Shown here piece after piece: positions 26,619 through 37,629 of a stretch of 64,000 nt of DNA (position 1 is the first letter of the stretch; every line of letters begins with the position of its first letter). Made by a program: the position numbers and the translations under genes. Below the pieces are notes generated by a model, which worked only from the letters and a program-made list of their open reading frames with translations, was not told where the DNA came from and made no database searches. The DNA comes from Nemertoderma westbladi (lineage: Eukaryota; Animalia; Xenacoelomorpha), in NCBI GenBank assembly GCA_032718475.1, contig JAUCBJ010006441.1, positions 31,380 through 95,379 on the forward strand, written 5' to 3'.

Positions 26619-29600
26619 TCAACGCTTAGCGGATCGAGCTCTGCCGCGTCCTCGAAAACTGCGTATCGGCGATTTAGCTCGTGATATGGGACTTGTGGGG
26701 CGAGCCACTGGTTTACTTTGGACGTTGGGAGATGGTACAACCATTTCCTCACATATTCGTCTCTTTGTCATCCCAAATCCTCGTCAAATCCCTCGTGACC
26801 GATCTGTTGTATCTACCGCTGGTAAAACGTCTGGGAACGCGCGGGAAGCGGACGACGCAGACCCAAGAGAAGCTTGCGCCCCCTTTTGATCAGCTGGTAT
26901 ATGTCCCGATCCTCCTTGCGGTTCTCTGGGAAGCTAAACCGTATCCCGAGTAATTCGAATAGTCGGTTCGTATCCCCTTCGTTCTTCAACGTTGATAGTT
27001 TTCTTTAACTGTTGGCCCACTTTCTGAACCCTTATGATCCTGTGCTGTCCGTCCTCCCGAGGGTGACGTGCAGATACGCGCCACCGGAGTAGCTGGTATG
27101 TTGGTCGCCTCTAGGACCTCCTCTTCCTCGAATACGCTCGCTCGTATACGTTTATGGTAGAACGCGGCTCGGTACGCCCATGCGACAGTTAACCAAGCTC
27201 CCTTGTTCCGCTTTTCCGTTCGGAACCGATTAAATTCACCATAGGTGATACGATTAACGACTTTCTGGAAATTCCATGTATTCTTATTGTCAGGGTGTAT
27301 CTGCAACAAATATTCGCGCACAACTCGGAATCCGCTATCGTGAGGCAAAATATCAACTACCTCGATGAGTTCATCATATTGCGGCATAGCGGAGATATAT
27401 CCTTCCGACATCATAGTTTGAGGATTTACCGCCCAAAATCCAAGATGCGCTCTCATCGGGAACCGTCTTCTTTGCGCCGATACGTGTTCGTCAGCCAAAT
27501 CTTCCCAATCATCAAATAGTTTTCGCACGAGTTTTACAGATTCGTGTTCGTAAGGTATGTCTCTCAGTTGGCATTCAGATGCTCGATGTCCCTTTATATT
27601 GCAGTAGGTGCATTGAGCCATAAATCTCCAGCAAGTATAAAACGTATGGGACCCTTGATCTCCACACCATCCACAGATTAGTTGAGTTGTAGTAATGTGC
27701 TTTCCACTGCACTTTGTCGAATGATGTCCAGCGACGCCACATTTACCACACATCGTATTAGCAGGGTACCACACTCGCTCATATATAAGATCGCCAATGG
27801 GTCGAGCGCTTCCTCCCACACTATAGTCGTAATCGTCTGGATCAATAGGTTGGTATGTTTCAGAAGGTTGTATGCAAACTACAGCATCTGTTGCTTCTAG
27901 TTGTCGAATCTCCATCTGAGATTTCTTCGGGAGGTTCCTTTCAATCTCAAGAAGTTCCTCTAAAGGATCATCGATGGCCGTCGTTACTTCGAAATCATCA
28001 CCTAAGTGACCGATAGGCGCACGCGTCTGCCGTGATTCGTCCGTAAGCTCCACGATACGTTCTCCTTTATAGGGTAACAATGTAAACATAGATGGTCTTT
28101 CGATAAGAGATCCCGCACAGCGAAGATACACGTCTCGAAATATACTAAATCCTGCTCGAGTGAAGGTCGGAATTGTAGAAGGGTTCGAGAAACCGTCTAA
28201 ACACATCGGTATGAATTCTCCCTTCCGCGTAGAATGTATGATCTTCTCCGAGGCAAAGTGGATGTCTTTTAAGAGTCTGAGACACAATGTCGGCGACTAA
28301 GCAAACATTCACTGATGACTCTATCGCTAAATAATATTGTAGTACCGCTCTTGGAGGTGAAGTAATAGCCCAATATACGCATCCTCTCCATTTGAGCTGT
28401 GATTCAAACTCATTTATATCTGGAGTATCACCTTCTCCATACGTTTCGATATACATTGTTCTTTTACTTTCCTTGTAATCCCAATTAAACATCAAGTAGG
28501 AAATATATCCAGTTCCGGTTTTCTGAGTATCATACTCACGGAAGTATCCTTGTTCTATAGACCACAGTATAAGAGGTCGAGTGTCAACGTAAGGTGTCGG
28601 TAATCGGTCGTCACTGTCCGACATGCCAGCGAAGTCGCTAATTAAGTCCTCTCTTACTCCTGATCCAATCTTTACAACAGTTTTATCTAAAATCATATTT
28701 CTCACCGTCTTTGGTAACATTCTAGCATCGATATTGCAAGCCTGGTCCATTTTCTTTACTATATTTGTGATGAAATGGTGCCGCTTTGTAGTTCCTGGAG
28801 GTATCGGCATTCAATTGTCACTCCTTTGTCTACTGAAAACGTGCAAAACTCCGTCTGCCGCTCTAATTTGTATAGTCTTGGAGGTTAGACTCTGCTGATG
28901 GCTGCCGCCCTCGTTATCATAAAACATGTAACCGTTTTCCTGAAACGATCTAAACGTCCTATTCCATTCGTCCAATAATTCTTCCGAAGGTTGCCAAATC
29001 TTCTCTATGTCTTTCTCGTCCTCGAAACGAATGACTTTACCTTGCCAGTCCGCAGCGATATCTGTATCCGACTCAAAGGTTCCTGTTCCAATCCATAAGC
29101 GAATTGTTTTGGTTAAATATCCTTTCAGGTTACTCGGGGCTATATCAGCGCCAGCTCTATCTAGTTCCCTAAAGTCTTGAATATGAGGCGGAACATTATG
29201 CACGACCTTTTGCGTAATATGTCTACGTAAATCATATATCTTAACCATATCGCTTAGAACAACTGCAGGAAGAAACTCTAAGTTCGAAATGATTTCCGGA
29301 TGATCCACAATAGGTATTTCATACGTTGTATCTTGTCGAACTGGTATACTAATAGGGAAATTGAGTGTCGTACTCAATGGTTTCGTAGTTGAAGTACTAT
29401 ACGGTTGCATTTCTCTTGTCCTTTCCGGGGATGCAATCTGTAGTCTCTGAATAACGTTTTGAGCAAAGTTTATACTCTCGAAAACTTCCGGTGTCATCTC
29501 CTTAGCTGAAGTTTGATCGTGTGACGTCCAATGGTAAGGTAGGCTCGCGAGTCTTCCGCCCCATTCTTCCATCTCACCTTTCTCGAAAGCCTTGTAGGCT

Positions 29601-30328
29601 CTGTATAGGCTAAGAGCTTCTTTCTTTTCGCGGGTTGACTGAGTCGCCTCGTCCAGCGTAAGTTCGAATACATCGGGTTCAACAACCTTAGGTGGGTAAA
29701 CGACAATTTATCCCGCCTTTGGTCCAGTCATAGCGAATGAATGATATGGATTCGATAAAGGATACCCTCCTTCCTGGTAGCGTAGTTGTTGATGGTTCGA
29801 ACACCTCGCCAATATCGCTTCGGGATTTTCCTTATTTAAACGCATTGGAATCGCATTTCGTTGTTCGCGCATACAAGCACCGCATTGATAATAAAGTTTA
29901 TAAACTGAAAATGCTTCCTTTGTTTCTCTATCGTCCCCTCGAGTTCGTCTGTAAAGATGCATTCCATCGAATTCATCGCGTACCGCGGGCATAGGTTCGT
30001 GTGCCTTTAGGTATTGCATAGTATGATACAAACGACTAATTTCGGTATCGGGATCTTCGCTAATATCTCCTGTATCACATAAAGCGTCGTACGGGTAAAG
30101 TTCATTGAAGGTTTTGCGTAAACTTTCGATTCTTTCATTTAATGCATTTTGCCTTCTCTTTAATACATTCGAGTCATATTTCGTCTTTGCGAGTTTCGCT
30201 GTACTTTCTGATAAATCCTTTATTCCAAATATAGTGTAATCCTTAGCTCCAAATCGTTCGAATGGCGCTGCTGCTTCCTCTTGGATATCATATCCCCATC
30301 TCGGCTCTCCTTGTATCCCCTTCGCCAT
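26619..30328 (-). pseudogene. BEL-A accessory ORF2 (~1230 codons): unknown N-terminal domain, DEDDy-like 3'-5' exonuclease, three CCHC-type knuckles, Arg-rich tail
   Basis: Stitched from ORFs 29708-30328, 28811-29572, 28145-28810 and 26986-28287 plus a tail ending at stop 26619. Exonuclease-like motifs FYDNEG, LPKTVRNMILDKTVVKIGSGVREDL, YVDTR and QYYLAIES. Knuckles CGKCGVAGHHSTKC, CGWCGDQGSHTFYTC and CTYCNIKGHRASEC. Confidence 0.8.
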
Positions 30329-30990
30329 TATTAGAGGTATGGTTACATAATCATACTACTAGAGGGAATACAACAGAGTTTATTGTTAGTTGTGAGGAGA
30401 TGTGAGAGTTTTCGTCTGCCCTTTTGGCTCGACAACGCTCTAACCTCCTACCCATAGCCTAAGATCTAGGGTTTCTTTAATGACACGCTGCTTCTTATCT
30501 AAAATTTTTGCCGAAATAAAAACGATTTTGGGCTAAACTGGCTGTGAGTCTAAAATACTCACTTTTTTGATCCCAAACTATTATCAGAAAATAAGCAATC
30601 AAGAGTTAGTAATAAATATAGGGAAGTCTATTATTTGACGTAACTTATTGAAACAAGACCGTGTAAAATTTAATTAAAATTTTAAGAAAGGCTCGCGAGT
30701 CTTCCTTTCTTGTTTCTCTAATTTTAAGTTCCACCCGACTGTACCCTGAAATCTATTCACTGGAGAAATTTTTTAAAAATTTTTCAAATCCAAATGGATT
30801 GTCTAAAATTTCGAAAATGTCTCAATATTGTGAGTTCCAAGTAGAATTCCATTTCTTATACCTACAAATCCCGCTCCTATGTGACACATAAGGGTACTAC
30901 CCTCAATGTTCACATATAAAGACAATGGAATTTTACCGCTGTCCTTACTATGGTGTACAGGTATGTGGAAATCTATTTGTAAACTCCTTA

Positions 30991-33900
30991 CTATTTACTA
31001 ACATTTGTTGGAGACTTGTAATCTCCAGACTTGTTTCGCATCTCTTCAAGAAGTACGAGACGTTGTGTCGGTCTGTCTACTGTACGACTGTCAATTGTCC
31101 GTACAGTCACAGTTCTTGTCACTCCATCCATAGATGGATGTGTGTCTAAAATTACACCTGTTATCCAGAAGCGTCTTTTTAGATTCACTTCTGCCAACAG
31201 CACGTGATCTCCCGCTCTTAGAGCGCGAGTTTTGTTGTACCAAGTTGTTCTGGCAGAAATAGAGGGCAAATAGTGATTTTGCCATATTTCCCAGAATTTG
31301 TTAGCCAGTAGTTGCGTGATTTTCCACGCCTTTCTACCGTAGCTATCGCCTTCTATGGGAATAGAAATAGGCATTAATGTGGTCGGTGCCTGCATAAGCA
31401 GGTGTGCCGGTGTCAAAGCAAACTGGGATTGTTTGTCATCGGGTACTAATACTATTGGTCTAGTATTTAGTATTGCCTCGATTTCAACAAACAATGTTGT
31501 CAGTTGGTCGTCTGTCAAGATGTGGTTTACTGGAATTACTTTTGCCATGGCTGTTTTTATAGATCTAATCAATCTCTCCCAGACTCCGCCTCTCCATGGA
31601 CTATCTGGAGGATTAAACTTCCAAACAATCTTGTAAGGACGTAGTTCATTTGAGATTTGATCATGATCTAATTTCTTAAAGGCTCTAGCAATTTCATTTC
31701 GAGCACCAACAAAGTTTGTACCTTGATCTGAGTACAAGCATTTTACTAGTCCGCGTCTAGCGATAAATCGCCGCAATGCTAGTATAAAGGCGTTGGTGGA
31801 AAGATCCATCACACGTTCAATATGAACTGTCCTACTGGACATGCATGTGAAAATCAGTCCCCAGCGTTTTACTACTGTAGTATACGTCCACGTTTTGTAT
31901 GTATAGGACCAAAGCAGTCAATTCCAGTCTCTGTGAAAGGTGGTCTGAATGCATGTAGTCGTGCTTGTGGAAGTTCACTCATTTCTTGGGTACTTATTCT
32001 AGAATGTACCTTTTTACAAATAATACACATACGCGTCACTGAACTTAACGCTTTACTGGGTCTAATTAATACAAATCTTGTACGTAAGTATGAAAGACAG
32101 TGGTGTCTTCCATCGTGTTTCAGATGTAAATGTGCGTCCAGTATCATTGCACGTTGTAATTCGTGATGTTGCGGTATTATTATTGGGTACCTAAAATCAG
32201 TATTAAAGTCAATGTTTTGAAGCCGAGATTTATGACAAATTAAGCCATTATAAATAATCGGACTCCAACTCAATATTGGTGACGACTTGATTGGTTGACC
32301 TTGACTTATAGATGTGAATTCGCGCGCGAAATATCGTAATTGATAATGGCGAATTAATTTAATTTCACATCTGTCAATCTCAGTCAATGTGAGTCGATGT
32401 GTAAAGTCGCGTTTGCCTTTAACGTATTGCACAAAACGTACAATCCACGCTAATTTTCGGCACGCGTTGGTCCAAGAATCTGTCAAATTTACAATACGGT
32501 CGACGTAAGTATTTGTGACGTCATCAGGTAAGTCATAGGAGAATTTGGAAGGTTTTGTTTTACTAGATGGGCCCACGAGTCCGCCGGTAAGTATTCCCTT
32601 GTTGACTGTTGATCCGTCCGGGTCTACAAGTAATTTGTCCTTCTTCGTCTTCTTACCAATAATGACAGGGTATTGCCTGATAACTTTATAGAAGTAAAAG
32701 TGTCTGAGTCTGTACTCCCAGATATTCCCATTGGCGATATCTCCTTTGCAGAAGTGAAGGCTGCTGCAAAGAGCATTAAGACCAATCGTGCCAGTGGAGT
32801 AGATGGTGTTCCCCCTGAGGTCTTTAAAATACCTGAGTGTTTAAAGCTCATCTATCCCATCATAGTAGACATGTACCGTACAACAAGAGTCCCACAAGAA
32901 ATGAAAACAAATAAGTTGGTGCCAGTTCCCAAGAAGGGCAACCTAACACTCTATGGTTCTTTTCGGGGATTCTCATTGATCTCGATTGCTGCAAAACTAT
33001 ACAATAGAATTCTATTAAATCGCATCAGGGATCCCATTGAGAGACTGCTACGTGGAAATCAGAATGGGTTCCGTAAAGGTCGTGGGACCATGGAGCCCAT
33101 TTTGGCACTTAGAAGGATAATTGAAGAGTTATCAAAAAAGAAAGACAGGCATCTGGCTGTTATCTTTGTTGACTTCTTCAAGGCCTTTGATTCAGTCTCT
33201 CGCTCACGTATGTTCAGCATACTTTCATTATATGGGATTCCTGATGAAATTATTGCAGCAATCAGATCAGTATACGATGGTTCGACAACATTTGTGTCTA
33301 CTGTTGATGGTGACACAGAACCATTTGAAGTGTTATGGGGCGTCCGCCAAGGAGACACACTTGCACCATTCTTGTTCATTATTGTGGTTGACTATGTTCT
33401 ACGCATGTCCTTAGATCATCATAATGATGATGGGGTGATGATAACTCCACCTACTGGCTCCAGAAGTCGAGGAAATCCTGCCAAGTACCTAACTGATCTA
33501 GACTTTGCTGATGACTTAGGAGTACTCTCAGAATCATTAGAGGGAGCCCAGCGGCTCCTCAGCTCATTAGAACATGCTGCTTCTAGTGTTGGTCTTTTTA
33601 TTAACTCCAGAAAGACCAAAATTCTGACAGTTAACTTTGAAAGTCCTCAGCAAGTCTCTGATCGGATGAGCATAAGCTCAAAGGATGGTATGCTTGAGCA
33701 TGTGGACGACTTCTGTTACCTGGGATCATGGATCCGGAAGTCAGGTGAGGACCTTCGAATACGTAAGGGAAAGGCATGGGCAGCCTTGAATAGGCTTTCC
33801 AGGATTTGGAAGTCACCTAGAATTAATCGGAAACTTAAGGTCCGATTATTCAGAGCAGCAGTAGTTCCAGTACTCCTCTACGGGAGTCCATGCTGGGCTC

Positions 33901-36900
33901 TAACTGCTGAGGACACCAAATCTCTGGATGGCACATTCACAAGAATGCTACGCCGGGTACATTGTGTCAAGTACAATGCACACATCTCCAACCAGACACT
34001 ATATAACATTGGAGGTGTCTCATTGGTTCCCCCAAGCTTGACACTAGAACAAAATCGCCTCCGCTTTGCAGGACATTGCTTTCGCCGTGAGGACCAGCCA
34101 GTGCATAATCTTGTACATTGGCAGCCTCATGGAGTGAATAAGCATGGTGGACAGCCCATGACTTTCTTGAGACGCATCTTAAAGGACACTGACCTTAAAG
34201 ATGCGGATGATCTAGCAAATGTCATGGGTGATAGGGAGTTGTGGCGGTGCAATTTTGTTGACAAGCCGGCACAGCATTCTTAAAAATGCAGCTGCAATGC
34301 AGCATGCCGATCCTAGTAGTAGTAGTTCTTACCTTGATTGTCAGTACTTTGTGTGTCGATCCCTAATGGTGGTTTTAACTCTATGGGATCACTGGGTTTC
34401 GGTAAATTTGATTTTCTGCCGATATTAATCCCAGGTCTCACCGTAGGTTGTAAGGTTGGTATGTCTCTTGAGCGTAAAGTAACACCTGTATTTACATTAG
34501 CGTAGGTACTACCCACATCTGTAATACATGAGGTTTCACTGTACTTATGGTTACTCAAGGGTGTCAAGTTTGGTAGTTTGTTAATAGAAGGCCGCTCCAA
34601 TAGGGAAACTGCGGCTTTACTATGTGTCGCTACGTTACTAATGTCTGGTAGATCATCTTGTGAAATGTCTGGTAAAATGTTTCGCGGAACTTCCGGCGAA
34701 ACGTCTAGTGACATGTCTGGCAAAATGTCTAGTTGACCGTCTAGTAACGTGTCTGGTTTTGCGTCTGGTAACGAGTCTAGTTGACCGTCTGGCGATACGT
34801 CTGGTAACATGTCTGGTTGACCGTCTGGCGATACGTCTGGTTGAGAAAGGCTCGCAAGTCTTCCTGCCCTAACTTTGTGAGTTATATTCTTCCATTTCGC
34901 CTTTGGTTTCTTCTTAAGTTTCGCCGTTGTCTTTTTCTTTGCTTTACCTTTCTTTGGTTTTTTAATTTCGGCGTCCTTAGGAATAGTATTAGACTTGTTA
35001 TCGTAAAGTGGCGGCCAGTGTTGTGTCGCTCTTTGTAAGAATTGTGGTCCGTGTTGCCAAAATTTCTTGTTTTCCGGTTTACAGAATTCCTCAGGCATCA
35101 TTCCTCGTGACGCAATATCAGCTGGATTTTGTGATCCGGGACAATGTCGCCAATCTTCTTTTATTGAACGGTCTAGAATTTCTGCACGACGGTTAGCTAC
35201 GAATGTCTTGAATTCAAGTGTGTCGTTGTTTATATAAAATAAAACTAACGTCGCGTCAGTCCAATAAAATATCTGTAAACTTGACTGTAGTTCCGTCTGT
35301 ATGAGGTTTACAATGGTCGTTGACAGAGTTGCGGCTTGTAGCTCAGCGCGTGGTGTCGTCATATACTTAGTAGGCATTGTTTTAGCCTTAGAAGTAATGA
35401 GCGATACATCAAACTCATCTGAGTCTACTTGTCTGCGCAAATACGCTGTCACACCAAAGCCGTTGTCACTGGCGTCTGAAAAACAATGTAATTCTAAGTT
35501 GTCAGGAAATGTCGTCTGTAATGGAAAGTACACCCGGGGTATGGAATAATCCTCTAGCGAAGATAATTGCGCCTCCCAAGTCTTCCATAAGTCCACTTGT
35601 TCGGATGAGATCGGTTCGTCCCATGTCAGTCCATCTTTCCAAATACTGCGCATATATATTCGCGCTTGCAGTATTATTGGGCTGATGAAACCTAAGGGGT
35701 CGAACAGTCTGCTTAGTTTCGACAAGCAAGACCTCTTTGTCAGAGAATCCCCTTCAGCGTCCAGTTTTACTTTCACTCGAAAGTTGTCTGTGTTCGGGTC
35801 CCAAAATAGTCCCAACACCTTGGTCGTCGGCAGTGGTTCGAACTCTAAGTCAATATCACCACCCCCACGTTCAGTCGTTTCGAATGAATTTACCAATTCG
35901 GTGCTGTTTGAGGCAAACTTAGTGAGGTTAAAACCTCCGCCTGCTAAACAGTCCCGTAATTGATGTGCTACTGTGATAGCACTTTCTACTGTGTCACAAC
36001 TCTGTAATCCATCGTCCACATAAAAGTCTCGTTCTACGATCCGGATTACCTCTGGGTCATACATATGTTTCTGATCCCTAGCGGTCTGTTTTAGGGCGAA
36101 CATAGTGCAGTTTGGGCTGTCCCTGGCACCGAAAACGCGAACTTGCATTTGGTAAGTCGCCGGTGGTTGACTTAAGTCTCCATCCGGGTACCAGAGGAAC
36201 CTCAAACTGTCTCTGTCTCGCTCTAACACTCGCACTTGGTGAAACATCGCTTCTACGTCACAAGTAAATGCTACTTGGCGCTGACGGAAGCGCATAATCA
36301 CCCCCATGAGATAATTATTCATGTTTGGTCCATCCATCAACTCACTGTTGAGAGACATTCCTTCAAACAGGGCCGCGCAGTCGTTAACTACGCGTACTTT
36401 ATCAGGTTTGTCGGGGTGTCTCACGTAGTGATGTGGCAAATAGTATGTCTGGTCTGTCACAATCTCTGGGTTTGTCATCCTGATAGCGTACCCTTTTGTC
36501 AAATACGTCTCCATCTGAGTATTGTACTGCAGATGGGCTTTCTCGTCCTTTAATAAACGTTGTCGTATTGAGTGTAGACGTCTTAAGGCTAGCGGATAAT
36601 TGTTGATAAGTTTAGGGCTTTGGCTACGCCATAGCATCCCTACCTCATAATGTCCGTCTTTCGTCTGGCGGATAGTATCTTCCATGATCTTCAAAGATTG
36701 TTTCTCTTGTTCCGACATACACGGTTCGTAACTACCGGGTTCTGCTGTATCTTGTTCTAACCACCTGATAGTTTTCTCTGTTAATTCTTTGTCTAATTCA
36801 GCTTGTTCCACTTGACAATTCTTTAATGTGTCGACATCGATATTGACGGGCATCGTTAATGTTATTGGTGTAGATAGACTCGCAAGCCTTCTGGCGTTAT

Positions 36901-37609
36901 CATTTGTCGTCGATGGAACCTCTGCCTGACTCGTCTTCTTCTCAATCTCTATACTAACCTTGTGGATTGGCTGCTCTTTGTGACTTATCATATTTGCTAC
37001 ACACGTCGTACCTGTAACGTTGTCGTGTTTTGTCGAACGTAGTGTAGTATAGTCTATGTCAGGTGAAAAGGAATGAATCGAAGTTGTAGTTAGTAAACTA
37101 CATGTACTTTGTACATCGTCTTCCTCATCACTTATATCCAGTGTGAGCACAGGCGCTCGAGTATACCACCCTATCGGAGTTCTACAGGCGTAAGCATTTC
37201 CCGCTACGACTACCAATGGTCTGGTTTCCCACACTTGATGTAGATTGAATTGGTCCATCCCGATCAGCATTGCTACCGACCGATAGTTGACAGGACATTC
37301 AGGTACACCAAGGTGTCTGAAATACTTACGGTCCTCTAAGGATTGCTCCGGCACTGGACCCAGTAGGTTACTAAAGTCCTTGGTGGCCGCAAAAGTCAAA
37401 TCCTTAAAGGGTAACAAAGACCTCTCCTTTTCGCTATGTTGCGATTTCGGAAGAAGAGTGTCCAAGTTTAACTTAACTCGTGTCACTGGTATTGCACGTT
37501 GTCCATGCATAGCGCTACTGATGAGGCCTGTTAGGCCGAAACGTGCGTATAGCGCTGGTTCAACCCCCGGTGACGCGCTCCCATTTTTTCCACTTCTGAA
37601 CAAACCCAT
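30991..37609 (-). pseudogene. pol: BEL-A pol (RT, RNase H, integrase) interrupted by an RTE insertion
   Basis: YYLPHH, KVRVVNDC, DVEAMFHQV, FYVDD, FDPLG, HCFSDAS, PRAEL, WTDA and NPADIASRG. Integrase at 30991-32576. Confidence 0.95.
32658..34325 (+). mobile_element. 5'-truncated RTE-clade LINE, family 2, with an intact 536-aa RT ORF
   Basis: QNGFR, FVDFFKAFDSV, GVRQGD and FADD motifs, a (TAG)n tail, and an 8-bp TSD ttcttacc (32650-32657 and 34326-34333). The empty site is visible at ~23667. Confidence 0.96.
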
Positions 37610-37629
37610 AATATTACACCATTAATATT

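Larger units (their letters stand above)
25091..37609 (-). mobile_element. BEL/Pao subfamily A, 5'-truncated unit: pol, full-length ORF2 and LTR
   Basis: RT, RNase H and integrase in BEL/Pao order, followed by the accessory ORF and LTR signals. Confidence 0.93.

Noticed and set aside
26619-30328. ORF2 as env or as a displaced gag
   Set aside because: No signal peptide, transmembrane helix or fusion-protein Cys pattern. The knuckles follow an exonuclease-like domain, and no BEL gag motifs were recognised.
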